Source: Chlorokybus atmophyticus
Taxonomy: Eukaryota; Plantae; Mesostigma and Chlorokybus algae
Reading direction: 5' to 3'
DNA: 64,000 nt
Assembly: GCA_009103225.1 (NCBI GenBank)
Contig: RHPI01000008.1
Span: 62,001-126,000 of the forward strand
Position numbers and translations under genes: made by a program. The notes beneath the pieces are model-generated. The model worked only from the letters and a program-made list of their open reading frames with translations, ran no database searches and was not told the origin of the DNA. Below, piece by piece: positions 38,664 through 53,079 of the stretch (within the stretch, counting starts at the first letter, position 1; each line of letters opens with the position of its first letter).

Positions 38664-39755
38664 CTCTATCTTCCGTGCCGTGGCGCCGCCGCCCAGTGCA
38701 GGCCAATGTGGCCTGATCAAATTCGGCCTGGTCAGACCAGACGTGGTCGGGCAGGCCGGCGGCGGCGGCGGCAAGCAGCTGGTCTGTTGAAAGCGTTGCT
38801 CAGGCGACTTATGGAAGCATGCGCATCCTTGCAAGCAAAAAAAGCTTGCACTTGGTTGATGAATCTTTCGGGCGCACCGCTGCTTGGAGCTTGTCTGTCA
38901 GCAGGTTTGCTGAGGACTACTTGTTGCTGTGCCAGAGGGCAGGTGCTGGCATGGTGTCCAGCCTCTTGTTGACAGCTGTTACGGGGCTTGTATTCATCGC
39001 ATCACCTTCGCCGTACTACAGGCGGCAACTGTCCGGCGCACAGCGTCCACTAGCACATTTGTGCGTTGAAGAGCTCAGGCATGTCTTTTCTGATTTTCAG
39101 CACGCCACCAGCAGCAGCAGTCGTCCAATGCTGCACAGGTTGGTGTGCAAACAAGTTTCAGTCCAGAGCAATGAACTTGTGCCGTAGCATGTACCATTGA
39201 GGTTGATGTCACTTGATGTGACTTATTCACTTGGAATGTCAGGGTTGGAGCGCAGGCGTAGATTTCAAACTATCGAAGCTTGCATTAAATTGTAGCTCGG
39301 CCAGCTTACAATGTACGCCTGTAAGGAAAGAAGCAGTCGGGCATTGCCTTTTGGCAGCTGAGTTCACTGCAGTAGTGGCGCACGGTGGCGGGCAGCTAAA
39401 GCCTCTTTGCAACATTGCATGCTCCTTTCAAGGGACAGCACGAAAACAGACTGCAATCAGCTCGTCAGCAAGGTAACAGCAACGCAACAGCTTGATCTTG
39501 ACTGTTGCATGTTGTTGAGGGACTGCCACTGCAGCTCACGCTACATGTTCTACTTTGAACATCAGGTTGCTTGCAATGCTGCATGCGTCATGCATGCAGC
39601 ATTGCTATTTGTGCTGGCTGCGCAGTGCACTTCACTTTCTGTTGGGCTTCCTTGCTCAGTTGGAGCCTGATTCACAACCGGTGCATGATTGAACATATAG
39701 CTTCCAACTATGTACACTGCTGATAACAGGCAAGGGCTTCTTCTGAACCACACAC

Positions 39756-40751
39756 ATGGAGCAGCAAGACACTGAGAGTGACTATAGCGACTTCGTCATC
39801 ACTGTTTCAGGCAAGCAGTCGCCAACTTGCTGGTCTTTCGGTTGTCCGTTTGAAATTACCACATTGCATGTGTGATGCTGCATGATTTCACGGCTGTTGG
39901 ACAGCTTCGTGACTTCTGCAGGACAGGAGTTTAAGTGCAGCAAGTGGGTCTTGGCAAGGCACAGCGTTGTTTTTAGGGACATGTTTAAGTCATGTCCGAG
40001 CACCACAAAGATGGAGATAGATGACGTGACGCCCACAGACATGGAACTTTTCCTGTTGATGCTAAACGCCACAAACAAATCCAAGTTCGCCCTAAACATG
40101 GTGCGCGTATGCCTGATGCTCTGCACATTCTGGTGTAACACGCACGTGTGACATGCATTCAAGTTGTTGGGTGTGCACCATCAACCCAACATAATGCACG
40201 CATACCAGAACGAACGCTACCAAATGCAGTTGTGACCACACAAAAGGTACCTCAAAATAAGTGCGCTCGTCATCATGGTATCCTTGCTGCAGGGCAAGAT
40301 TGCAAGAAGTTTGGAATTGGCGAGGAAGTATGGTGCCGGCATTGTCATGCAGCATTGTGAGGAGTATCTGCTCCAGTCCGTGCAAGACCGCACCCAGTCC
40401 GCTGCGTTGGCGGCCATCGCGGATACCTATGACATGCCAACATTACGCCAGGCTGCTGTTCAGTACTTGTCGCAGCTCAGTGTTCCCACTAGCGCTCTTT
40501 TGAGGGAAGAGTTGTCCAAGTGCAAGGGCGATACAGTCTTTGACATTTTCCAAACGCGGTGGGAAGAAGCGCGCAGCATTCTTATGGAATCCGCTTCCTT
40601 GCCTGTCGACAGTCTCAGCACTGACAACTTTCCAGATGGATGGAATTTTAATCATTATCAAGCCGTCTGTCGCCATTTTCGCAAGCCAGTGCCCAAGAAT
40701 CGTTTCAAGCTGTACATGCACGATAAGACGGCGCAGGTGCTGGAGCTCTAG
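39756..40751 (+). CDS. BTB/POZ-domain protein, copy 1 (exons 39756-39810, 39922-40100, 40293-40751); appears intact
   Basis: DYSDFVITVSGQEFKCSKWVLARHSVVFRDMF, a BTB motif; first intron is GC-AG. Confidence 0.85.
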
Positions 40752-40854
40752 GCGTTTTCCGTTCTCTTGCGAGTCCTTCCAGCATGCAGAGTACCCAAGT
40801 AAGGGCAATAAGTTGTTTGTACATCACGTGGTTGCTCGCTACTTCAACACGTAG

Positions 40855-41496
40855 CTTCTTTTATTTCTTTGCGCAGGCTTATCATACAAGGTATTCCAGC
40901 TGGAATTGTAAGCTATTTAGGTTCCGCTTTTTCTGAAACACTTTTTATCTATTTTATTTTATTTGGTTCCATAGATATTCTTCACTCATGGGTTGTATTA
41001 GAACCAAGTATTAAATTAGTTGTAGCCATATTTTGTTATGATACGATCTTAGGTTTTTTTGTTGATAATCGGCTAAAAGTAGTATCTTTTGCTCAAAAGA
41101 CCGATCTTTTAAAAATATTTTTGTGTAATGCGGTTATTATATTTGCAAATCCAGGATCAACGTGGGCATCAAGTACATTGATAACTTCAATAGAAGGTTT
41201 TGAATTCCGGGAAAATTGGTTCTTTCTTTTAGGTCTATTTTTAGGTCTTTTTTTGGTTGGATGTGGAATTGGTTTTTTAATACTGGGATTGACACATCTT
41301 TGGATGTTAAGATCTAACAAGACCTTTCGAAGCTTAGTCTATCGTTTTAATAAGATTGTTTCTAGTTTAACACTTACTCTACTCTTAATATCTACAATCT
41401 ATTATCACATCGATTTTTATCAAGGATTATCTTTCACTACTTTGTCAGCACCACTAAAAGCAAGTCCGGAATTAGAATTTCTTGATGATATTGAAA
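40855..41496 (+). other. ycf1: Plastid-derived insertion (NUPT): 5' fragment of ycf1
   Basis: Abrupt AT-rich block with an open hydrophobic frame, SLRRLIIQGIPAGIVSYLG..ILFG..LEP..LLKIFLCN..LLGLFLG, resembling green-algal Ycf1 N-termini; runs into the N at 41497. Confidence 0.78.
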
Positions 41497-43232
41497 NGCA
41501 TTTTCAAAGTGCACGTCGCCAGGAAATGTTGGGTGTGGGTGGCTGACTGAGGGGCAGGCAATGCAATCGTGTGTACCTGACTAGTTGCTTGTGTGATGGT
41601 GTGATAGTAAGCGGCATGCACAGTGGCAATACCCATGTACATGTGTGCAAGCGTAGTGCGTTTTGTTTATTAAGAGTAAGTTTGTAAGCTTGGCATACTG
41701 CATATTGCGTAGCAATTGACAACTCGCATTGAAATGTCGTGTATGCGTGACTCACAACCCAGTATCTTGTCAAGGCCCACTGGCTAGCATCAACATTTAC
41801 CTTCATGTCATGAAGTTCTTTTGCTTCTGCGCTGCAGCAAGACGGGGGCGGAATCAGCTTATTAAGTAGGGAGGCCTTGATGCGCGTACATCGCGTGACC
41901 TTGGTGAAGTTCGCGACTTTTTTCGTGATCCAGGTGCAACCTGTTGCGTCTAATACACATTATGAAGATGGCATTTATACATGCAGTTTGACACGTAAAG
42001 TTCTCTACAATATCGCCACTACCATCTGATAGCGTCCTATTGTTGTGAAAAAAAAAAAAAAAAAAAATGTTGTGCACAATGCTAAGAAGAGTGCAAAGTG
42101 TGATCCATGGCAAGAGCCATTCAAAGTCTTGAAGATTGTGAGGTCAAGTAGACATCGAAAGCTTGCTCTCTGTAATGTATCTTGTTCTCGTTGCCTGCAT
42201 CTGGCTTGTCATTGTGCGTTAGCAACTAGTTGTGTGCATTCTATATGTATAGTTACTAACCAATCAATCAATTCTGTTTACATATGCCACTGCTGCACCG
42301 CTGCGTCTTCTGACTACCGTCGTTAACGCTGCCCTGGTCGTGTTAAACAGGTAATTACACGTGCATGTGTGTTGCACGGGGTATGGGCAGTAGTGAAGGT
42401 AGATAAGTAGTGAACTTGGACATCCCGGTGGTGAATGTAAGGGTGTGATGGTGTAGTGTGCGGACTGCATGCATGTTTGCTACATTCTCATGCATGCCAC
42501 CATCCTTGCATACTATGTTATATACTTCATATCGTGATGTTGCAAGTGCTCAAATGTAATTATCAGGAACCATACATGTTGTTACGACAACGCGCATACG
42601 AGTAAAAGCAATGAGTTGTTGCAGCATCTAGTCGGTGGCTGTGACTGAGAGAAGCAGTGTGCTTGTGCCGCATTCTTCTGTAAAACTCTGCGCACATTAT
42701 CTTTTGCACGACCAGCACGGTCGTCAACAGCATGCAGCAAATAACTTGATGCTGTCAGTAGCAATGTGTTACAGTAGGTGCAGGCATGCAAAGCCTTTGA
42801 CACACAGGCTTTGCATGCCTGCACCTACTAACATGACAGCGTATGCACACGTAACCACATGGTTCGCATCCCCAATTGATGACAATAGCTTCCATGCACT
42901 GCACTTGTCTAACATTAAGGCTATGGTCAAGCTAGGGCACGCAGGCTACCAGCTGTGTGCTGTGCCGCTGGCCTCATGCATGCGCCAGTTGTTGTGTGTA
43001 ATTGCCTTGTAAATAGCTTGACTGTATTACATGGGAATACAACGTTACACGGGTCCATACAGTACTTCACTACTGTAACAGCAACAATTAAGCCAACCAC
43101 ACCAAGTCCGCCACTGTTAGGCCCGCAATGTCCGTCAATGAGATGTCTCGTGCCTGTGTATATAAGCTTGTGATATGACATGGCTTGCGTGTGTGTTTAC
43201 TGATGACTGGGAGCCCTCTGTCTTTCCATATG

Positions 43233-43320
43233 CATGCGGTCGTAGCGCTGGTACACGATGAGGCTGCCTCCAGCAATCACCTTGCTTTCTTCCGAGATGC
43301 TTCAGCGGGAAGCCTTCGTC
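43233..43320 (-). pseudogene. Duplicated, degenerate copy of TRM61 exon 1
   Basis: SEESKVIAGGSL-IVYQRYDRM versus SEANRVIAEGSLVIVYERYDRMK; the splice donor is lost. Confidence 0.8.
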
Positions 43321-44289
43321 GCCTCTCAACGACGACGACGGAAGTCTGTGCAGGCTGCTGGTGGCCTGGTCCGTTTTGGGCCCGCAGGCCGCAGGTCCGG
43401 TAAGGTCGGGCAGGAGGCGGCGGCGGTCGCACGACCTTGGTCTGCTACAGCTTCACTCAAGCTTGCTTAGAGATAGCTTTCGAGCGCAGCTCTGCTTGAA
43501 GATTGTGTTAGCAAGCAGATATGCTGAGGTCTGCTTGTTGCTGCGCCGCAAGGCGAACGCTTGCAATGTTTGTTCAGCCTCTTATTGACAGCTGTCCAGG
43601 TCAGGCTTACCACCATCAAGACGCCTGCGCCACACAATTGCCCGGGGCACAGCTGCCGGAGCGCGCCAACTAGCAAATTTGTTGGTGTTGAGAAGCTCAA
43701 TCATGTTGTCTTTCTGATTCACAGTACCATCAGCCCAGTCATCCTTTGGCCCACAGGTTGATTGCAAGCAAAGGTCATTATCAGTTTCCAGTTCAGCAAT
43801 GCACTTGTGCCGCAGCATACACCATACAGATTAATTGATGCTCCCTCACTGTCGGTGTCGGGGTGGCAGCGCAGCAGGCGTACATTGTGAGCTGGCGGAG
43901 CTTGCAATGTACGCCTGTGAAGCACGCTGTCAACGCTCCAGGCAGCTGAGAACGCCTTCAGGCAAGCTTGGACATCTGGCAAACGGCAGTGCAACACGCG
44001 TGCGCGAGGTAAGAACGCAACACAGCTGGAGCGTGTTGCATGCAATTGGAGGAACTCCTTAAGTAGCTTCCTGCATGCTTAGATGTATTATCTGCCACAG
44101 GTCGCTTGTAGTGTTGCAAGCGTCACGCATGCATTGCTATTGGTGCTGGCTACAGTGCGCTTCACGATTGTTAGGCCTTTGATCAGTCGGTGCATCGGGT
44201 CAGGTGCATGTGTGTTTAAGTGTCAAGATTAAGTGGTTCAAATGTGCACATGCCTTGCTGACAGGCAAGGGTTCAACTCGAACTACACG

Positions 44290-45180
44290 ATGGAGCAGCA
44301 GGAGAATAGGAATGACTACAGCGACTTCGTCATCATGGTTTCAGGCAAGCAATTTGCCAACTGTGTCCGTCTAACATAACATTACACCTGCGCTGGATGC
44401 CACATGATTTGACTAACCTTGGACACAGCTAGTGTAACTTGTGCAGGACAGGAGTTGAGTTGCAGCAAGTGGGTCTTGGCACGGCATAGTTTGGTGTTTA
44501 GGGACATGTTCAAGACATGTCCGTCGGCACAGCTGGAGGTCACTGATGTGTCGCCTGGGGACATGGAGCTGTTTCTGTCGTTGTTGAGTATCGTCGACAG
44601 AACTAAGTCCGCACTTGACTTGGTGAGTGCATGCTCACCCACCACTCGCGCAACTGCGTCTGCTGTATGTCCATCATCATTGAATGCTTGAGCCACACTG
44701 TCAATTGACAAATGCTGCCTTCTTATTGAATTCCAGGAGAGTGCCATGCGCATGCTCGAATTAGCCCGGAAGTATGCTACTCTGGTCGTTATACAGCAGT
44801 GTGAAGAGTTTCTTCTGCCAATGGCCTCCGATAATGGTCAAGCTGCCATGTTGCTGACAGCAGCAGACAAATACGACATGCCGAATTTGCGTCGGGCTGC
44901 TGTGTGTCACTTGCAACGCGTTGAGGTGCCGAGCAGTGCACTTGTCAAAGAGGAGTCGTTTAAATGCAAAGCTGAAACTGTTTGCGACATTTATGAGGGG
45001 CGTTGGGTGAATGCCTGCAAGGTCTTGGCTGCCTCTGCTACGATTGCTGGCACGTTTACGGACTTCCGCAGCTTGCCATCGGGATGGATAAACAATTATT
45101 CATATGGAAGCAAGGATCTTATCGTTGATGTTGGTGATTGTTATATGCATCGCCAGACGCGACAGTTGCTTGCCAAGTAG
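44290..45180 (+). CDS. BTB/POZ-domain protein, copy 2 (exons 44290-44344, 44447-44622, 44737-45180); appears intact
   Basis: DYSDFVIMVSGQELSCSKWVLARHSLVFRDMF; GC-AG first intron. Confidence 0.85.
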
Positions 45181-46225
45181 TTGGTGTTTATCAGCTTGGT
45201 TGACTCTGCAGGTAAGACAAGTTGGGTCAAGCTGTGCGGCTACTGCTCTAGGTTGATGCCAACCATGTCTACTAGTGAGGTGACAATCTGCACATGCAGA
45301 TTGGCAGCAAAGCCGCGCGGATGTTCTGTCATGTTGTATGTTGGTTGGACTGCTGCACAGAGACCATGTTTGCTGTATGTGTGTAAGCGCCGTTTAGTAC
45401 AGGCGCACGGCCACTTGAATGATGGTTGTTTTGTCCAGCTCAGCATAGCATTGACACAGCTGTACATCAATGTTGGGGTTATCCCCACTCCGTGCGAGCA
45501 GCCCAACGAGTTGCTGCCTTGGTGGCATGTCAGCCTTGCAGGGCGCTGCGGTGGTGGTGGCATGATGAGACAGTCGTTGGTCCTAGTCTTGATGTGACGT
45601 AGCAGCTGAGACTTGAGCCGCACACATACGAGGCTTAAACTCTTTTGTACAGAAGCAGTAGTGCCTGAGAAGTGTGGTATCAAACTGCTCTGGTCGTCTG
45701 TGGTGACAGGGCAGCTTAGTGCACGCAGCTGTGCGCCACAGCTATGTGAACTGGCACAGCCTGTGCCAGTGTCTTATCTCGTGCATGCTGTCAGACAAAG
45801 ATGAAACCGTTTTTGGTTGTCAATATGCATCTGCCAAAAGTCGGAGGTGGCAATGGCTGATGGCTCTTTACGCGAGCCTGGCAGCGCACGCCACCGCTAC
45901 GCGGGTACAGCTCGTGTGTTACAAGGACGTGCTGACTATGTAGTACAGTACCTGTGGTAGTACTGTACAGCCACCTGTGTGCTGTATTGTACGCCGTTAC
46001 AGGCACAGGTACAGGTACACTCACAGCACAGTATTCTTGGCATGGTGCATGCATCCTCACTTCCCGTATCCACGCAATGTACTGGTCATCTTGTTTCCTG
46101 CCTTGTATATGGTAGGAGCTGTGGCTTACAATTGTTGTTGAAGTTGGGTGCACGCAGGTTTTTCAACTAAGGAGTGAGGCAAGCAGCTGTGCTGCCACTG
46201 ACCGGCCAGGTTCAATCAACTGCAG

Positions 46226-47223
46226 ATGAACACCAAGAACGACTACAGCGACTTTACCATCGCTGTTTCAGGCAAGAATTGCGAACTCTGTTGTCTAGTG
46301 CTGCGTTGCAGGCTCATATACCTCACACCGACTCGCCCACCGAAAGCTTGTGTGCCTTCTGCAGGACAGGAAATTAAGTTCAGCAAGTGGGTTCTGGCAA
46401 GGCACAGCGCGGTGTTTGCGGACATGTTTGACTCTTGTCCAAGCTCCGCACGGATGGAGGCCAATGACGTGGACCCCGCAGACATGAAGCTGTACTTAAA
46501 CATGCTGAACACGGTGGACAACACAAAATAGATTGCCCTTCACGACGTGGTGAGCTCGTGTCTGTGAAACACAGCCGTGCTTGTATGTACCCATGTGGTG
46601 ATGGCGCATGAGGTGATGTTGTCTGTGTTACAATGTGCACGTTGACTGCTGGACACAGGTTCCGATTGCTGATGTGGCTGCATGTCACCCTTCTATGTCA
46701 GCTGCCCCACTTGTCAAGCTACATCAAGTTTGTATTGTTGCTGCATATCAACTGTACATGTGAGCTGCATCACATGTGAAGCCGCAGCATGAGCAAAAAC
46801 TTGATGTGCTGAGCGATGCAAGTTTTATGAACAGTAACAGTAACAGTGTTGTGAGGATTTCTTCTGCAGCTGGCAGAGGTCAATGGCCAAGCTGCAGAAT
46901 CTCTTGCAATCGCAGAAGCATATGTGTTGCAGGAGGTGCGCCGGACTGCCATGGAGCACTTGCAGAACATTGATGTTCCAATGAGCGCTCTTGTCAAAGC
47001 AGAGCTGTCCAAATGCAAAGCAGCAACTGTTTGCGACATATACAACGAGCGGCTGGCTGCGTGCTTGCGAAGTGCTCGCCTCCGCTACAATGAATCCAAC
47101 TGATGCAATTCCAAGCGGCTGGTTTACGTGGTTCTCAGGTTCTGAAGCGGATAAGTTGATTGTCCAGCCCGAAAAGGGCTACTTCATCAATAGCCAGACT
47201 CTTCGGTTGCTTTACAAGCAGTG
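46226..47223 (+). pseudogene. BTB/POZ-domain gene, copy 3, disrupted
   Basis: Same exon layout; in-frame TAG near 46528 and frameshifts in exon 3. Confidence 0.8.
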
Positions 47224-48734
47224 ACTCTCGCTCTGGTCTGGAGTCCTGCTTGCACCACCCCAGGTGAAGTTGAACTTGCCCTGAGGCGAGTGGCTATGGT
47301 TCAGAGTTAGCCAAGTTATGCTGGTATGTTTCTTGTATGATGTATGTTATTAGAATGTGCAGGCGAGCTAAATCATTTAACAAGAGCGCGCACGTATTCT
47401 ACTACTGCCTTATGACGATGAAAGGCTAGCTGATGACAGTTGTTGAGATAAGCACTCCAGTGAGACTATTACGCCATAGACATGTGTTGTCTAATCCAAA
47501 AATTGTAGCACAAACAACCCGAATGTTGGTCAAACGCTGCAATGACTGTTGTATTGCATGCTGTATGACGTATGACGCATACTCGCACAGTGTGTCACGT
47601 ATCTTGCTTTGGGTTGCTGCATTGCGAGCTGGGGTTACTTGCTTCGATCGTGCGCACACATTGCAACCGGTTGTGTCCGTTGAAGGTGTACACCCTCTGT
47701 GTACGCACCACCAGATGCTGTGACGGCGGTCGTACACACACCATGCCAACACCGTCACAAGCAGGTTTGCATTTGGTTGGTCACCGCAATGCAACAGCAG
47801 AAGCATCCTCCGCTCCACTGCATTGTGTCTCGCAAGTGACTGATGATCCAAAGCATATGGGCCAATGGCTGAGACACCACAGGCTCACTCCGTCTAACAC
47901 ATGTATTTATCCAGGGCCACTTGTCGTCTGCACCAGCGTTGGAGTACTACGGTAGTGCCTAGGCGAATGCAGGCTTGTGGTGTAGTGCAGGCAACATGCC
48001 TTGGCTTTGCTCACAACACTTCCATTGGGTCCACACCCGACTGGCGCAGCGTGAGCGGGACAGGGAAAGGACTTTTTTTGAGCAGCCCAAGCAAGCCTGG
48101 GTCCTGATCCGTCGCAAAAGCCTGGTTGTTGAAGTGACATTGGTAGTGTCACTCAATCACAACATACGGGCAGGCTGCGTGACACCTCTCAATCCACAAC
48201 CGCCACCGCGCCACCTTGCAGTTGGTGCAAGTAGGCAGGCAGGGCTGGTCCAAGTGCCTCGCTCGTTGAACTGAACATTGGCTTCATGGGTGTCAGGAAG
48301 GCACAAAGCGCATGCACCTCCAGCGAATGAATGTCAGTTGTCATGCAATGATGGCCTGCTCACTATCAGCTGTGCGCCAAGTCAGAATTGTGTTAGCTAA
48401 ACCGCTTAGCTTAGCTTGGAAAGCTAAGCTAAGCTGCGCCACTGACTCTGGCTTACATTGGAAGCGGGCTTGGCGTCACGCATAGTACATTGTACGCCAC
48501 AGCTGTGCTTAACGCCTTTGTTACCAAGACACCATTGTTGGCTTGCATGCTACCCTCAGGGCACGGTGCAGCACGGACCTCTTCCTCAACCAGGTAACAC
48601 CCTAAGGGGACCAATGCAGCCCCATTTCTACCTTGAGCGTGCGCTTAGCTTGTACAATCGTCATCAAGTGCGTGAATTCAACACGTTGCATGCCTGACGT
48701 AGAAGTGCAAGGTTCCCCCTTCTCTAGTCTGCAC

Positions 48735-49779
48735 ATGGAGCAGAAGGACAGCGAGGAGGACTACAGCGACGTCAGCATCACTGTCTCAGGCAAGTGCGTT
48801 TCATCAATTGGGTGTTGGTTTTGCTTGTACGAGTTGCACCAACGGCAGTTAAGGAGACACACACGTTCTCTGATGAACCAACCTGGGCACTTGACTTGTC
48901 TGTGGCTGCATGCAGGGCAAGTGTTAAGGAGCAGCAAGTGGAACTTGGCACAAGGCACAGTGCGGTCTTCAAGGGCTTGTTCAAAGCGTGTCCGACCACC
49001 ACTAAGATGGAGGTAGACGACGTGAGTCCTGAAGACATCGAGCAGTTTCTGATGCTGCTGAACGCCACTGACAAAACCAAGTTCGCCCTCGACACGGTGC
49101 GTGCATGCGCACGTGTCTGATGTTCTGAACACACTGTGGTGCAAGTGCATGTGTTTGCCATGCACTGCATGTCACACGTGAATAAACCAAGTTGATGGAT
49201 GTGCACCGTCAACCCAACCAGAAAGCATGCATACGAGTCAAATGGTACCCAATGCAACTGAGTGCAAAACACGTTTGACAAACAGAGCACGCTCGTCATA
49301 TGTTGCTGCAGGACAGTGCCGTGAGAATGTTGGAGTTGGCGAGAAAGTATGGTGCCCTCATCGTTGTGCAGCACTGTGAGGAATACCTGCTCCGCTTTGC
49401 TCAGCTCAACCGCCCTCAGTCCGCTAAGTTGGCGGCCATCGCAGACACCTTTGACATGCCAGTACTACGCCAAGCTGCTGTTGACTACTTGTCGCAGCTG
49501 GACGTTCCCACAAGTCTTCTTGTCAAAGAGGAATTGTGCAAGTGCAAGGGCGAAACTGTCTTCAGCATTTTCAATGCGCGGTGGGAGAAAGCACGCAGCG
49601 TTCTTGTCAACTCTGCTTCCTTTGATGGCTGGAAGACTCTTGACAACAGCAACACTCCTGAGGGCTGGACTGCGAGCCACAATGCAGCCATCTGTCGACA
49701 CAAGCTAATCAAAAAGGAGTTCAACAAGATGTACATGCACGACAAGACGGCGCAGGTGCTTGAGCTGTACTATTGGTAG
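48735..49779 (+). pseudogene. BTB/POZ-domain gene, copy 4, with an apparent +2 frameshift in exon 2
   Basis: TTGGCACAAGGCAC versus TTGGCAAGGCAC in copy 1; exon 3 is open and most similar to copy 1. Confidence 0.75.
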
Positions 49780-49856
49780 GCGGTTGCCGGTTGCAAGCTA
49801 TTCCGGCATGCAGTCCACTTAGGCAAGAGCGTATAGGTTGGCAACCTATGCGAGAG

Positions 49857-50251
<395 letters not shown>

Positions 50252-51111
50252 NAGGGACGGAGTCTTTGGTTGTGCCAAGTCCATATGCACACTAATTCAT
50301 TGCATAGTAGGTCATAGCATGCAACACATGCAACACACGGACTCACCTCAGTGCATGTACCTAGATGTGTGCGTGTGCGTGTGTGTGTGTGTGATCGCAG
50401 ACCACCTGCAGGTTGGCAGTGCGCGCTCGTTCAATGGTGTCTCCTACTTTGTCATATTACCTGGCATATCATGTACAAAGACAGGATGTGTAAGCTTGGC
50501 ATGCAGTGTGTACGTAGTATGCAATGCTGTATAGTACAGTGTGAACCAAGTGACACAACTTGCATCAGTGAGAATGTTACGTGGTGTGTAATGTACAACC
50601 CGATGTCAATCAGTGTGAAGGTCCCTTGCTCAGCGCCTGACCTTTATCTGCGTATCATGAAGTTCTCGCCCTTGCGCTGCAGCAGGTTGGATGATAAACA
50701 ATCACTGTGTAGCGAGGTCTACAAGACTACGGTACACGGTACATGGGTACATAAGTCTCAAGAGCATGCAGCATGCACAATGTTGAGCACACCTTTGTCA
50801 TGCTTGTCTTACAACACACCATGCACGCTGGCACAGAACCACACCCCTAATATACACCACACATGCAAACTACTCACCACCGCCATCACTTTGCTCATGC
50901 TGGCACCACCGGGGTCTGAGGATACTACATTACTCCACGCTATAGCTACCCCACCGCACCCTGTTAGGCATGCATATGTAGGTAACGATTGCCAACGCAT
51001 GTATATACATGCGTTGGCAAACATTACCTGCACCGAGCACGCGTAGCAGCGTCAGCAAAGGCAGCAACCAACCACAGCGATGTTTGTGCACAAGCATGCA
51101 GCGTGTGCATG

Positions 51112-51251
<140 letters not shown>

Positions 51252-51255
51252 NTGA

Positions 51256-53079
51256 GGTGGAGCTGCCCGCTGCCAACGAGCTCATCACCCAGCTAAGGTA
51301 GGTATGCGTGCATGATGTTTTCATGCGTGCATGCGTGGGTGTGTATGTGTGGGAGGTTAAGTGGCATGAAACTCCAAAACGTGTGTGCATGCAATCAACA
51401 ATACGCAACAAGTGAGCATGTGTGCCTTGCAGCAATGTACGCGTGCACGTGTGTGAGTGCGTGCGAGCATACTTCTGTGAGTGTGCGTGTGAGACCAACA
51501 TCCATTGACGTTTGCCCCCAACTCCTACCAATGGTAACAATGTCGCCATCACCACCACCCATAACGACAACAACAACAACAACCACAGCGACAACAATAA
51601 CAGCAACGAGCAGGTATCTGACGCTATACTCTCCATCTCACACGCACGCGCACGCACGCACGCACCCACCCACCCACCCACTCCCCCCCACACCCACCCA
51701 GGGTGGCACACGGAAATACGCGACGCTGCTGCTCGTGTGCGCCGTGCGGAAGGTGTGTGTGTGTGTGTGTGTGTGTGTGTCGGTGGGGATATGAGTTGTA
51801 GCGTAGAGTGTGGTGTGTTGTGTACTTGTGGCTCCTTCAGAAGGGCTGCCGCAGCCTGCACGCGCCTTCGACTGCACGCATATGCATGTCACAAAAGCAC
51901 GCATGCTCGCGCTTTGCAAAGGATGAAGCGTCGGCGACATGTGTATGTGTCAAAGCACATGTGGCTGTGTGCGCACGTGCGTGCGCGCGCACAGAGCCAT
52001 GTGCTTTGACATGTGTATATGTGCGCGCGCAGGCATGTGCCTTGAAGCACGCAACTTGTTAGTGTGTAGGCGTTGAGTGATGCTGCCGAGCACACATGTT
52101 CGTGACGGGAAAGGTGGGCCACGGGGGCACCTTCTCCACTACTTGCGCCCAAACGCACGTACACAAAACACGAGGTGTGTGTGTGTGGGGGAAGGGGGGG
52201 GGGTGGGTGGTCCGTCAGCAGGTTGTATGTGTGTGTTGGTTGCATACAACCAAACATGCCTATGCACATGCACTCTTGCAGGAGTTTGAGCTTGCTACAG
52301 CGCCCGCCACCAATAGAATACAGACGTGAGGAGAGTTCTATGGCAGCCCCTACTGGGTCTTACCAAAGCTGTGAGTGGACATGAGCCCAAAGTCCCATGT
52401 CAGTGTCATATGTGGTTTCCCCATCTTATGTTGATTGCAATGGCGCAGGGGGTTTGATAATTTATCTTTCAGCGCATGCCACCAACCCGCAAGCGTTCCG
52501 GTCGGGATCTCGCGACAACACTGTGTCATTGTTGAGTTTAGCCATCTTTTGTTGTGGCAATGTACTCACGCACCCTTGTTTGCAGTGTATGCATGTGCAC
52601 ACATGCCGCTCTCGCGCACACACACACACACACATGTATATGCACTCACGCCTCTGCTGGCGGGCGTAGGAGTAGGAGTCGGAGGCGGAGTGCGCACGGC
52701 CTCCCTTGACAAGAGGGTGGCGTTGTGGGACTTGCGCACGCTCGGGGCAAAGGTGAGGGAGCAAGAGAGAGAGAGGTTGTGTGACTGTGTGCGAGGCCTT
52801 ACACCTAGGAAAAGGGCTCCGGGAGCGACAGACGAAGTGACTGTCTGCGAGGTGACAAAGCTGTGGAGGCGTGCACGTACGCACACGCACACGCACTGCT
52901 CCATTCCTGGTGCTTGCTTGCGTGCATGCGTTCGTGCGTGTAAGAGTACATGTGCGCACGCGCACACACACAACTCTCTCTCTCTCTCTCTCTTATCATC
53001 CCCTCCCTATTTCAAAGGCTCCATCGGCGAGCGTGGCCGCAGTGAGCAAGCTGGACGGACTGCACCTCATCGACTTCAG
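51256..53079 (+). CDS. Partial WD40-repeat protein gene; exon chain not fully resolved
   Basis: Exon-like peptides HATNPQAFRSGSRDNTVSL, GGVRTASLDKRVALWDLRTLGAK and SVAAVSKLDGLHLIDFR, several with GT/AG borders. Confidence 0.5.
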
